Part shown: positions 26,992-35,609 of the stretch, in pieces
Layout: each line of letters starts with the position of its first letter
How positions within the stretch are numbered: the stretch's first letter is position 1
Origin: Planctomycetota bacterium
GTDB lineage: Bacteria; Planctomycetota; B15-G4
Assembly: GCA_038212275.1 (NCBI GenBank)
Contig: JBBQUR010000028.1
Coordinates: 1 to 44,988, forward strand
Length of the DNA: 44,988 nucleotides
Reading direction: 5' to 3'
The notes under the pieces: generated by a model
What the model was told of the DNA's origin: nothing
Database searches by the model: none
What the model saw: only the letters and a program-made list of their open reading frames with translations
Translations under genes and position numbers: made by a program

Positions 26992-27459
26992 ATGCCGCAG
27001 TTCGCTCCGACGTCGATGCCGCTGATTCTCGGCCTGGTGTGCCTGGTCGGGCTTCAGGGATGCGCTGCGGACCTGACCGATGGGCAAAAACAGGAATTGG
27101 AGGCGTATCAGTCCCGCGGGCTGGCTGTTGAAGAGTGCGATGAAACCACTGCCATGTGGTGGGGCATCGCTCCCGGCGGCGGATCCTTCTATACGGGTCG
27201 TGTGGGGACGGGAGCAGCAGACGTCTTCCTGTGGCCCGTGTCGATCGCCTGGGAGACCGTGAACGGCGGCCGCTATGCTCGCATCAGCAATTACATCGCG
27301 ACCATGCGGAACGTGTCGATGCTTCGTGCCTCCGAGCGTGATGAGCTGGACGAGAAGCTGGGTCGGGGGGAGCTTGATGCGACGGCCTATGAGCGTGAAG
27401 CGCTCCTCTTGATCAGGAAATATGATGTTTTCGCCCCGCCGGCGGAGCGCGATTCCTGA
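26992..27459 (+). CDS. Putative lipoprotein with TM2-like segment
   Basis: GGAG RBS; lipobox LQGC; GIAPGGGSFY..LWPVSIAWE; more A/T-ending codons than neighbours. Confidence 0.75.
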   Translation: MPQFAPTSMPLILGLVCLVGLQGCAADLTDGQKQELEAYQSRGLAVEECDETTAMWWGIAPGGGSFYTGRVGTGAADVFLWPVSIAWETVNGGRYARISNYIATMRNVSMLRASERDELDEKLGRGELDATAYEREALLLIRKYDVFAPPAERDS

Positions 27460-27588
27460 TCGCCGCGGCCGTGACTCCCGAGAAGCAGGCACGAGGTGGC
27501 CCTTCCCGGGATGGCAGCGCAAGTTCCTGAGCCAGGTCGGTCGCCTTCGTCCGCGAAGTGGACGGGCCGCCGATCATCGCGGCATGAA

Positions 27589-27607
27589 GGCAGTCTGCAG
27601 CTTCTGC
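27589..27607 (+). promoter_or_regulatory. Candidate enhancer (UAS) for a sigma54 activator
   Basis: ggcagtctgcagcttctgc is 15/19 identical to the reverse complement of 32752-32770 and lies ~120 bp upstream of a -24/-12 site. Confidence 0.45.
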
Positions 27608-27722
27608 ATTTCAGGTGACACGCACACGACGGTGCACTGCGGCGACGCCGCGCCGATGCGTCATCGCGAGTCCCAATCGGCCATTGCGGGCCCGCAACGC
27701 CCTCTGAGTTCATCCGGTGGCA

Positions 27723-27739
27723 TCGGCACGGGCCTTGCG
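27723..27739 (+). promoter_or_regulatory. sigma54 -24/-12 promoter
   Basis: TCGGCACG-GGCC-TTGCG upstream of 27840. Confidence 0.7.
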
Positions 27740-27839
27740 TGACAGGCAGCATGCGCGGTGAGGCCGTGGTGCCTGAACTTGCGCCGATGGGTCGGTGTGC
27801 TTGTCGAGACGCCGGCCATTCCCTGCTTCGGAGTCCCTC

Positions 27840-28544
27840 ATGAAAATGATCGCCAGTCTTCTCCTCCTCGCCCTGCTGACCGCCGGATGTCAGTCGGGCA
27901 CTTCCTACAACAACCACTACCGCGGATCGACGCCGCACGTCGAGGATGACGTGTTCGTCTACGTCCCCGAGTCCGATCGCGGAGACATCGCCACGGCGCG
28001 CGCCGAGAGCAGCCGCATGATGGACAGCGTGGCCGTGGCCAAGCGCGACCTCGACCAGGAGGTGCAGCGCCTCTCCCTGGCCGAGGACCAGCTCGAAACC
28101 ACGGGCGATGAGGTGGACACTGCCCGCGAGTCGCTTGCTCTGGCTCGTGACAGCAACGAGGCTCGGCGCGAGAAGGAAGTCGAGAACGCCACTCGCCAGC
28201 TCGAAAGCGCTCGCAGCCGCTGGCGCTACGGCGAGTCGGCGGTGGCGTACAACGAGTTGCGCGTCGACCAGCTGGAATCGGGTGTGGCGCTCGCGAAGTT
28301 GCGCGTGACGCTTGCTGACGCACGCATCGAATTCGCCAAGGCCCATGCGGTCAGCAAGCTCGATCGACCCGAGGCGCAGGACGTCTCATTGCCCGACTTC
28401 CAGGCCTGCATCGATGAGCACGAGGCTCGCATCGCGATGGCCGAAGTCGATGCCGATGCCTGGAAGAAGAAGCTTGAGCTGCGCCAGAAGGCACTCGACA
28501 GTCGGCGTGAGGCGAGCGCAAAGGCCGAAGCCGACGCCAGCTGA
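27840..28544 (+). CDS. Coiled-coil lipoprotein of unknown function
   Basis: GGAG RBS; MKMIASLLLLALLTAG-C lipobox; charged helical body. Confidence 0.85.
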   Translation: MKMIASLLLLALLTAGCQSGTSYNNHYRGSTPHVEDDVFVYVPESDRGDIATARAESSRMMDSVAVAKRDLDQEVQRLSLAEDQLETTGDEVDTARESLALARDSNEARREKEVENATRQLESARSRWRYGESAVAYNELRVDQLESGVALAKLRVTLADARIEFAKAHAVSKLDRPEAQDVSLPDFQACIDEHEARIAMAEVDADAWKKKLELRQKALDSRREASAKAEADAS

Positions 28545-28652
28545 TGTGAACTCCGCAAGCGCGCCCCCTGTCGGTTCCGAGATCTCGGCGTGAGCCTCGG
28601 AGCATGACAAATCGTGTTCTTCGCCGAGTGCGAGGGGGTGCGTGAAGCGGTT

Positions 28653-28752
28653 GCGAGGCGCCCGGAATGGCTGCGAGGCGCCCGGAATGGCTGCGAGGCG
28701 CCCGGGGTGATCGCGAGGCGCCCGGGGTGATCGCGAGGCACCCGGGGTGATC
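28653..28752 (+). repeat. 20-bp tandem repeat x5
   Basis: gcgaggcgcccggaatggct x2, then gcgaggcRcccggggtgatc x3; contiguous, no spacers. Confidence 0.95.
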
Positions 28753-28915
28753 GCGGGAACGCCGCAGGCTGCGCAACGCTGCACCGTGCACGGACCATCT
28801 CATCCGCCCCCGTCTCAGGCGATGTGCTCTCGTCTCAGCCGTCGGATGAGGCACGTGCGATGCTGCGATGCGAGGGGATGTCCCGCGCTCTGGTCAGCCT
28901 TCGGGCTCGGCGTCA

Positions 28916-28932
28916 TTGGAGCGCGGCTTGCC
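28916..28932 (+). promoter_or_regulatory. sigma54 -24/-12-like promoter
   Basis: TTGGAGCG-CGGC-TTGCC (GG-N10-GC) upstream of the DUF3309 gene. Confidence 0.55.
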
Positions 28933-28991
28933 GTTGATCGACCGGGGGCGCCATGTCGCCCGTCCGCAAGTCCTCGTTCGGGATCGCACCC

Positions 28992-29150
28992 ATGAACACG
29001 CTTGTCCTGGTTCTGGTTCTCCTGCTCCTCTTCGGCGGCGGCGGCTACTACTTCGGGGGGCCGGCCTATGGCGGCGGCGGTCTCGGGCTGGTGCTGCTGA
29101 TCGGCCTCATCATCCTCTTGCTCGGTGGCTTCCGCGCAAGGCGAGCCTGA
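28992..29150 (+). CDS. DUF3309-family small membrane protein
   Basis: MNTLVLVLVLLLLFGGGGYY..GGGGLGLVLLIGLIILLLG, the typical pattern. Confidence 0.85.
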   Translation: MNTLVLVLVLLLLFGGGGYYFGGPAYGGGGLGLVLLIGLIILLLGGFRARRA

Positions 29151-29214
29151 CCGGTCGGAAACCGGTGCGCGTGCAGGTCCACGAGGTACTCGCGGCGGGT
29201 CGCCGCGAGAAGCG

Positions 29215-29652
29215 CTACTCCGGCGGCAGCTCGAGCACCCCGTGGCTGGCGTCGAGCAGGCGACCGTCCCGGACCAGCGTGTCCCAGATGTCGGGCCCGT
29301 AGCTGTCGGGCGGCGCGACGCCGGTGATGCCCGAGCGCTCGCCCTTGCTGAACATGCCGCCGATGCGCGACTCCTCGTCGAGACGCGTGACTTTCAGCCG
29401 CTTGCGGAAGGCCTTGACCGCGCGCTTGAGCACCTCGCGATCGTGAACCGTGCGCAGCGTCCTGCCGGACTTCCAGGCGGCGAGCAGGGCGGTCAGCGCC
29501 GCGGTGTCGCGCGCCTCGACGATGACCAGCAACTCGTCCTTTGCCTCCCTGGCCGCGTCGAGCGCGGCGCGCGCGGAGACCCAGTCATTCGAAGAGCCGT
29601 CGGCCAGGGGCGCGAGAAGCGTGCACAACAGGTGAGTGGAGGGATCGAACAT
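29215..29652 (-). CDS. Conserved hypothetical protein (probably leaderless)
   Basis: LKRAVKAFRKRLKVTRLDEES..PP..Y..W..LV..GRL motif, recalled from planctomycete hypotheticals; TAGCAT lies 7 nt before the ATG. Confidence 0.75.
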   Translation of the reverse strand: MFDPSTHLLCTLLAPLADGSSNDWVSARAALDAAREAKDELLVIVEARDTAALTALLAAWKSGRTLRTVHDREVLKRAVKAFRKRLKVTRLDEESRIGGMFSKGERSGITGVAPPDSYGPDIWDTLVRDGRLLDASHGVLELPPE

Positions 29653-29853
29653 CGCACCGATGCTAGCGGAAACACGCCCACCGCGCGCTCCGGAGCACGA
29701 TTTCGTCCGGCCGCGATGCCGCAGCCTCGGCGCTTCAAGCTTGTCAGGGGACCCGGGCCGCGTGGACCTCGCTTCCGCCCTGGTGCAGCGTGAATCCGTT
29801 GTCCGCGGGCCCGGCGCCGCGGCTGTCCGCGGGCCGGGCCCGGCTTGTGAGCA

Positions 29854-30162
29854 TCAGAAGATGATGATCGCCAGGACGATGACGCCGATGATCACGCCCG
29901 CCACCGCGAGGTCGTGATCGCTCACGGCGCCGGCCCGCAGCGTGTCGAGGTCCGCAGACGAGGCTGCCGCGCGCGCCAGCTCGGTGCGCTCGGCCGGCGC
30001 CACCTGCGGAACCGGCTCGGATTCACCGGCGCGCAGTGACGCGATGTTCGTGACGGGCTGCGCGGCGAGGGCGGTGCGCTCGGCGTTCGTGAGGTCGCCG
30101 GCAAGCGCCGTCGAGGCGAACGCGAACATCAGGGTCAGCGAGGACAACAGCGGATACTTCAT
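29854..30162 (-). CDS. Small exported protein with two AERT..LRAG repeats and a C-terminal hydrophobic helix (PA2779-like partner)
   Basis: Signal peptide ending ALA; ATGA overlap with the C39 peptidase gene. Confidence 0.8.
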   Translation of the reverse strand: MKYPLLSSLTLMFAFASTALAGDLTNAERTALAAQPVTNIASLRAGESEPVPQVAPAERTELARAAASSADLDTLRAGAVSDHDLAVAGVIIGVIVLAIIIF

Positions 30163-30785
30163 GTTCCAGTCTCCTGAGAAGGGTTGATCCGCGCGATCGC
30201 GGCTCGAGCCGGGGTCGCGGGCACGGCAAGAAGCGTGAAGTGCCGGACGGCACTCCACAGACGTTCAAAGGTTTCGTCGGGCAGCAGCACCCGGCCTCGG
30301 CGCGGGTCGAGCAGCACGACGTTGGCCAGTTCGGGGTCGTGGCCGATGAGCAGGCTGTAGTGATTCACTTCGTCGTCGGCCGTCATCACCAGCAACGGTC
30401 GTCCCTGCTCGAGATGATTGAGGACTCCGGTGGGCGCGCGATCGAACGTGCCCTCGAAGACGAAGACCTCGAATCCCAAGCCTTCCAGCGCGGTGCGCAG
30501 TTCGGCGCCCGACAGGCCCTCGCGCTCGGCGGCAGTCTGCGCCAGTGCCTGACGCTCCGCCTCCGGGATGGTCACCTGGTAGTAGCCGCAGAGCGACGAC
30601 ACGGCAGCGAGCCCGCACTCGTGCAACTCGTCCTGAGCGACGAGCGGCGTGGGCAGGACCGTGGCGCTGGCCGAGAGGGTCTCGGGACGCGTCGGCCCCG
30701 TGGCACAACCGACTGCGGGAACCAGCATGACAAGCAACGCGAAGTCGAGGAGTCGGTGCAGCAGCGGGAATCGTCGGAGTGACAT
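30159..30785 (-). CDS. Stand-alone C39-family cysteine peptidase lipoprotein (PA2778-like)
   Basis: Lipobox AVGC; Q-x5-C (QDELHECGLAA), HYSLLIG and LLDP catalytic residues. Confidence 0.85.
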   Translation of the reverse strand: MSLRRFPLLHRLLDFALLVMLVPAVGCATGPTRPETLSASATVLPTPLVAQDELHECGLAAVSSLCGYYQVTIPEAERQALAQTAAEREGLSGAELRTALEGLGFEVFVFEGTFDRAPTGVLNHLEQGRPLLVMTADDEVNHYSLLIGHDPELANVVLLDPRRGRVLLPDETFERLWSAVRHFTLLAVPATPARAAIARINPSQETGT

Positions 30786-30854
30786 GCAGTGGACCTCGTG
30801 GGGATGGCGGCTGGGCGCAAGTTCTCCGCGCGCGGCATCCGAGCGCGCTGGAAC

Positions 30855-30871
30855 AGCAACGCCCGTGCCGG
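30855..30871 (-). promoter_or_regulatory. sigma54 -24/-12 promoter
   Basis: CCGGCACG-GGCG-TTGCT upstream of the C39 peptidase. Confidence 0.75.
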
Positions 30872-30907
30872 GCGCTCCGCAGCAGGCCGACCTGCCGCGG
30901 ACCTGTT

Positions 30908-31528
30908 TCAGCGCTCGTGCAGGTGCGCCTCGACCTGCCACGTGAGCTTGTCGATGCCGCGCGAGATCTCGGTGAAGAGGTCGGCACTGCTCCGGTCGCC
31001 CAGCTCGTCGGAGCGGGCGACGCCGGCGCGCATGAAGGCGCCGAAGTGTGCGAGCGCGTCGGCCACGGTCGCAACGTGCCCTTCCTCGGAGCTCAGGCGG
31101 TTGTGCACCGTCGCCAGTGAACTGTCCAGAGCAACGGCAGGCGCCGAACCTTCCGGCGTGCCGCCGAGCTGGACCGAGCGTTCGGCAAGCTGGTCGGCGA
31201 AGGTCTCGGCCTCGCTGGCCACGCTGTCGAACAATTCGTGCAGCGCGATGAAATTCGGCCCCTTCACGTTCCAGTGCGAAGCCTTCGCGTGGAGGTAAAG
31301 GTCGATGGCGTCCACGAGCCGCGCCTGCAACAGCGTGACGAGCTGAGCGCGCGTGTCGTCGGGAAGGTCATTGCGCGTGGAGTTCAGCGCGGGCCGCGCG
31401 TCGTGCGCGGACGAGGAGTGAGGCACGGCGACCGTCCTTGGCGCGCGGTCGTCCGCCTGCGCAGTGACGGGCGCCATGGCGTCGGTCGCGGCGCGGAGAG
31501 TGCTGCGGCGGAATTCCTGCGAGCTCAT
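30908..31528 (-). CDS. dps: DNA starvation/stationary-phase protection protein Dps (start uncertain)
   Basis: TRNDL, HWNVKGPNFIALHELFD, DQLAER and DK.TW.VEAH motifs. Confidence 0.93.
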   Translation of the reverse strand: MSSQEFRRSTLRAATDAMAPVTAQADDRAPRTVAVPHSSSAHDARPALNSTRNDLPDDTRAQLVTLLQARLVDAIDLYLHAKASHWNVKGPNFIALHELFDSVASEAETFADQLAERSVQLGGTPEGSAPAVALDSSLATVHNRLSSEEGHVATVADALAHFGAFMRAGVARSDELGDRSSADLFTEISRGIDKLTWQVEAHLHER

Positions 31529-31627
31529 GTCGGTGGCCTGGAATGGGGATGTGGATGTGGGGATCAAGCCGGAGCCGGAGGATCGCGAGCGACCCTCCGA
31601 CCCCGGAGCCAGGTGTCAATCGGGAGA

Positions 31628-32593
31628 TCAGCCGCGCTTGCGATCCGCCGCGTGCTCGTCCGACGCATCGGCCTTCGCGGCGGGCTTGGCGCTCGTGAGG
31701 TTGACGGGCAGACGATCCATGTCCAGATCCGGCAGCTTGCTGACGCTGTCCCCGGTCATCGGAATCGTGATCGTGCCATCACTCCACGTGAGCCGGTCGA
31801 ACGCGACCGCGTGAAGCTTGTCGCCCACGCCGAGCACGCCGCCGGTCGAGACGATCGCGTACGCGACGAGGTTGCCGCGCAGGTCGATCGCGAGGTCCTG
31901 CACGTCGCCGACGTCGTCGCCGCCCGAGCCCTTGACCTTCGATCCGAGAAGCGTCTTCACGGAGCACGGCTTCGTCGCGGCCATCATCGCCTCATGGCCG
32001 GGCATCGCCTTCGAGTCCTTCGAGTCCGCTTCGCCCTTCGGCGCCGCCATCGGGCGGCCGGCAAAGTGGTCCATCGAGTGCTTCATGCACTCGCGATCGA
32101 CCATCTTCGCGTCCTTGACGGTGGGCACGGAGTCGAACAGAGCGCGGTCGCCCTTGAGCGTGAACTGCTTGATGTCCGGCGTCGCGCCACTCATGGAGGC
32201 TTCGGCCTGAGCCTTGGCTCGGGCTTCCGGCTCGTCCGACTTCGTCAGGCGCGCCTCGAGCATCGACATCGGCACGCAGAAGTAGAGGTCATCCTCGCGC
32301 TCGACGCACGCGACGACTTCGCCGGAGTCGGCGACCATGAGGTCCTTGATCTCCGCGATGTCCTTGCCGGCAGCGTCAACGATGTTCAGGCCGATGAGTT
32401 TGCTGGCACGCGCGGGCGTCTCCGGCGCGGTGTGCAGCGACGGGTCGGACGAGGTGGTGGCCACGACCGACGAGCCCTTCGGAGCGACCGGGTGCGCCGC
32501 AGCCGACTGGCCGGCAGCCTGGGCGGACGCGTCGGAAACACAGAGGCCGAGGGCCAGCGCCCCGGATGTCATGAGAATGGAGGTGATGTTCAT
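31628..32593 (-). CDS. Secreted double PRC-barrel protein
   Basis: Signal peptide; RASKLIGLNIVDAAGKDIAEIKDL and LLGSKV...GDVQDLAID..YAIVSTGGVLGVGDKLHAV. Confidence 0.88.
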   Translation of the reverse strand: MNITSILMTSGALALGLCVSDASAQAAGQSAAAHPVAPKGSSVVATTSSDPSLHTAPETPARASKLIGLNIVDAAGKDIAEIKDLMVADSGEVVACVEREDDLYFCVPMSMLEARLTKSDEPEARAKAQAEASMSGATPDIKQFTLKGDRALFDSVPTVKDAKMVDRECMKHSMDHFAGRPMAAPKGEADSKDSKAMPGHEAMMAATKPCSVKTLLGSKVKGSGGDDVGDVQDLAIDLRGNLVAYAIVSTGGVLGVGDKLHAVAFDRLTWSDGTITIPMTGDSVSKLPDLDMDRLPVNLTSAKPAAKADASDEHAADRKRG

Positions 32594-32648
32594 GGGCAGA
32601 GTGTCCTTCTGATTCGATGGGTCCTGGATAAGTACAGCGGCACCGTGT

Positions 32649-32665
32649 TGCAACCGCCGTGCCAG
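32649..32665 (-). promoter_or_regulatory. sigma54 -24/-12 promoter (consensus match)
   Basis: CTGGCACG-GCGG-TTGCA upstream of the PRC-barrel and dps genes. Confidence 0.85.
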
Positions 32666-32751
32666 CCGGCGCGGTGCCCGGCATCTGCACCGAAAGGGCG
32701 CTCCCGCGCCTGTCCGCCTTCGTGGCGCAGGCCTGGCGCCTGTCGCGTGCA

Positions 32752-32770
32752 GCAGGATCTGCAAACTTCC
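32752..32770 (-). promoter_or_regulatory. Candidate enhancer (UAS), second copy
   Basis: ggaagtttgcagatcctgc on the minus strand, ~90 bp upstream of the -24/-12 site. Confidence 0.45.
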
Positions 32771-32901
32771 CATGCGCTCCACGGCCACGATGCCGCCGCG
32801 ACCAGCGTGATGCCACCCGCAGCGAGTCTTCCCGGTCACGGCTGACCGACGGCCTCACCGGGCTCCGAAGCGCTGCGAGGTCGGATCCACGAAATGACGC
32901 A

Positions 32902-32934
32902 GGAGCGCTCGCCGACCAGGTCTGCGAGCGCTCC
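32902..32934. repeat. Near-perfect 33-bp palindrome
   Basis: ggagcgctcgc-c-gacc-a-ggtc-t-gcgagcgctcc. Confidence 0.7.
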
Positions 32935-33057
32935 ACTGCTCTGCTGCGCCAGGTGCGTGAGGCCTTCGATGGGGATCCTGACGAAACACTCCGCTTCGCC
33001 AGCCAGTCCAGTCCATCGAAGCAACCGCGATCACTCTCACGCGGTGCCCTGATGTGG

Positions 33058-33198
33058 TCAACGCTTTCGCGCGATCAGCATTCCGAGCAGAAGACCGATG
33101 CTGCTCGCCACGACCAGCGACGTCATCGGCCGCTCGCGGACATGGACGCGGACCCTGGCGCGCACGTTTTCGATGGACTGCGGGCCAGTCTCGAGCAT
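33058..33198 (-). CDS. ElaB/YqjD/DUF883-like C-terminal membrane-anchor peptide (possibly a remnant)
   Basis: VRERPMTSLVVASSIGLLLGMLIARKR* is the typical DUF883 tail; it overlaps the sigma factor 3' extension. Confidence 0.55.
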   Translation of the reverse strand: MLETGPQSIENVRARVRVHVRERPMTSLVVASSIGLLLGMLIARKR

Positions 33199-33815
33199 GG
33201 CGACACGCACTCGCCCGCCATGTGCGCAGAGCCGAGGTAGCGGGCGAGGTTCTCGCGGCCACGCCACAGCAGCGACTTGACGGCCGCGTTCGACAGGCCA
33301 ATGGACTCCGCGACCTCGAGGTTGCCGAGGCCATGCAGACTGGAGAGCACGAGAGCCACGCGCTGGTTGCCAGGCAGCCGATCGATGGCTGCGCGGATGG
33401 TGAGCGCTCTCTCGTTGCGGTCGGCTTCGTGCGCCGGCGATGACGAGTGGTCGTCCGGGATCGACTCGCTGATGGTGATGCCGTCGCGCCCTATGTCGTT
33501 GAGTGAACAGGCCGGGCGGCGGCGCGTGTAGCGCATGTGGTTGACGCAGAGGTTGCGGATGATGCGCTGCAGGAAGGCACGCAGCGGCGCGGTGGGCTGG
33601 TAGCGCCCGCGGCTGCGATAGAGACGCAGCAGGACCTCCTGCGAGAGGTCCTCGACCGCCGTGCGTTCCTTGATGAAGCGGCGTACGCAGCCGCGGATGA
33701 ACGGCTGGTACTGCTCCGCCAGGCGCTCGAACGCACCGGGCTCGTCGGCGGCGACCGCAAGCATGAGCTGGCGGCCGTCATCCGGCGATGACAGGGTGCT
33801 GCTGGACTGGATCAC
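33123..33815 (-). CDS. Sigma-70 ECF subfamily RNA polymerase sigma factor
   Basis: GGAGG before GTG 33815; AFERL..YQ, VEDLSQEV, IRNLCVN, LPGNQRVAL, AVKSLLWRGR. Confidence 0.88.
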   Translation of the reverse strand: MIQSSSTLSSPDDGRQLMLAVAADEPGAFERLAEQYQPFIRGCVRRFIKERTAVEDLSQEVLLRLYRSRGRYQPTAPLRAFLQRIIRNLCVNHMRYTRRRPACSLNDIGRDGITISESIPDDHSSSPAHEADRNERALTIRAAIDRLPGNQRVALVLSSLHGLGNLEVAESIGLSNAAVKSLLWRGRENLARYLGSAHMAGECVSPCSRLARSPSKTCAPGSASMSASGR

Positions 33816-33866
33816 GAAGCCTCCACGTGCGCGTCCGCGATTGGGCGGTGGCACGCTGCGCTCGGG

Positions 33867-33883
33867 CGCAAACGCCGTGCCAC
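33867..33883 (-). promoter_or_regulatory. sigma54 -24/-12 promoter
   Basis: GTGGCACG-GCGT-TTGCG upstream of the ECF sigma gene. Confidence 0.78.
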
Positions 33884-34226
33884 CTCGTGGACCATGTGCC
33901 CCGTCCTGAAGAGGGCCCTGAATGGCGACGATCGGCACGCGGCGAAGACTGCGGGAGCAGCTCCGGCGACACCTGCGGTGCGACCGAGGTGCAACTGCTG
34001 CGTGCAATTCGCACAATTCGCAAAGCAGGCCATCGCGCAGTGCGCATGACGCACGCCTGCGGCATCGGAGAGATCAGCGGCGTCAGCTCGGGTTCTGCTA
34101 TCCTCAGCACGCAGCTTTCCGAGGCATGCGCCTCTCAGGTGCCGTGCGGGGAAGCCTTCTCAAGTCGATCGGAGTCACAGTGTCCCTGCAGGGCTCCGGT
34201 CCATCCTCGTCCGCGGCGCACCGCGC

Positions 34227-35609
34227 GTGACGAATGAACCCAAGATCAGACCCGTGGCGCTTCTCGTCGATGACCACCCTGCGTTTCTTGCCAGCCTGCA
34301 GGCGCTCGTCTCCGAGGAAGGCTTCGACTGCGTGTGCGCCACGACGCTCGAGCAGGCCCGCGCGCACCTTCAGGCGGGCCTGCCTGACATCGTGTTCCTG
34401 GACCTGAACCTGCCCGAGGGCAACGGCCTGCAGTTCGCGCGCGAGCGCGGCCTGCTCGAGACCACGGAAGTCATCGTCGTGACCGGCGAGACCAGCGTGC
34501 AGGCTGCGGTGGATGCGCTGCACGAGGGTGCAGCGGATTTTCTGTGCAAGCCGCTCGACGCGGCGCGCCTGACGGCGTGCCTCAAGGCCGTGAAGCGCAC
34601 GGGCGCGCTCAAACGCCGGGTCCGCACGCTCGACATCCAATTGCGCGGACAAGGCCGCTGCGGCGCGATGGTCGGCCGCTCGGCGGCGATGCTCGGCGTG
34701 TTCGAACTCATCCAGCGCGTGGCGCCCACGTCGGCCGGCGTGCTGGTCTCGGGCGAGAGCGGCGTGGGCAAGGAGCTGGTCGCGCAGGCGATCCACGACC
34801 TGAGCGCGCGCGCCGCGCAGCCCTTCGTACCCGTGAACTGCGGCGCCATCTCCGCAAATCTCATCGAGAGCGAGCTGTTCGGCCACGAGCGCGGCAGCTT
34901 CACCGGGGCGGACAAGCGCCGGGACGGCATCTTCGAGCGCGCCCGCGGCGGCACGCTCTTTCTGGATGAGATCACGGAAATGCCGCCCGAACTGCAGGTC
35001 AAGCTGCTGCGCGTGCTGGAGAGCCGGCGGTACACGCGCGTCGGCGGCCACGAGAGCCTCGAAGCCGACGTGCGCGTGATCGCCGCCTGCAACCGCGACC
35101 CGCGCGCCGCCGTGCGCGACGGCACGCTGCGCGAGGACCTCTTCTACCGGCTGAACGTCTTCCTCGTCGCCGTGCCGCCGCTGCGCGAGCGTGTGGACGA
35201 CATCGAGCCGCTGGCGGAGCATTTCCTCGCGCGGCTCAACGCCGAGCACGGCACCGTCAAGCGCTGGATGCCTTCCGCGCTGGAATGGTTGCGCGTCCAG
35301 CGCTGGAGCGGCAACGTGCGCGAGCTGCGCAATGCCGTGTGGCGTGCCTACATCCTCAGCGGCGACGACACGTTCATCGAGCAGCCCGCGGAGGTGGCGG
35401 GCAGGCCGCCTGAGGACATGCCGGCGGGGCGCTTCGAGGTGAGTGTCGGCAGCCGCATCAGCGATGTCGAGCGCACGCTCATCGAGTCCACGCTCGCGCA
35501 CTTCAACGGCGACAAGCATCTGACGGCCGAGGCGGTCGGCATCAGCATCAAGACGCTCTACACCCGGCTCAACCTCTACGCGGTGGGGCGCGCCGTCGAG
35601 GCGAGCTGA
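34227..35609 (+). CDS. NtrC-family sigma54-dependent response regulator (REC-AAA+-HTH)
   Basis: GESGVGKE Walker A, ESELFGHERGSFTGA, FLDEI, REDLFYRL, WSGNVREL, Fis-like HTH. Confidence 0.96.
   Translation: MTNEPKIRPVALLVDDHPAFLASLQALVSEEGFDCVCATTLEQARAHLQAGLPDIVFLDLNLPEGNGLQFARERGLLETTEVIVVTGETSVQAAVDALHEGAADFLCKPLDAARLTACLKAVKRTGALKRRVRTLDIQLRGQGRCGAMVGRSAAMLGVFELIQRVAPTSAGVLVSGESGVGKELVAQAIHDLSARAAQPFVPVNCGAISANLIESELFGHERGSFTGADKRRDGIFERARGGTLFLDEITEMPPELQVKLLRVLESRRYTRVGGHESLEADVRVIAACNRDPRAAVRDGTLREDLFYRLNVFLVAVPPLRERVDDIEPLAEHFLARLNAEHGTVKRWMPSALEWLRVQRWSGNVRELRNAVWRAYILSGDDTFIEQPAEVAGRPPEDMPAGRFEVSVGSRISDVERTLIESTLAHFNGDKHLTAEAVGISIKTLYTRLNLYAVGRAVEAS

Noticed and set aside
28586..28630. 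End of a REP-associated tyrosine transposase (…ICHAPRLTP)
   Set aside because: Only a vague resemblance over a few residues; no transposase body.
28653..28752. CRISPR array
   Set aside because: Contiguous 20-bp units with no spacers.
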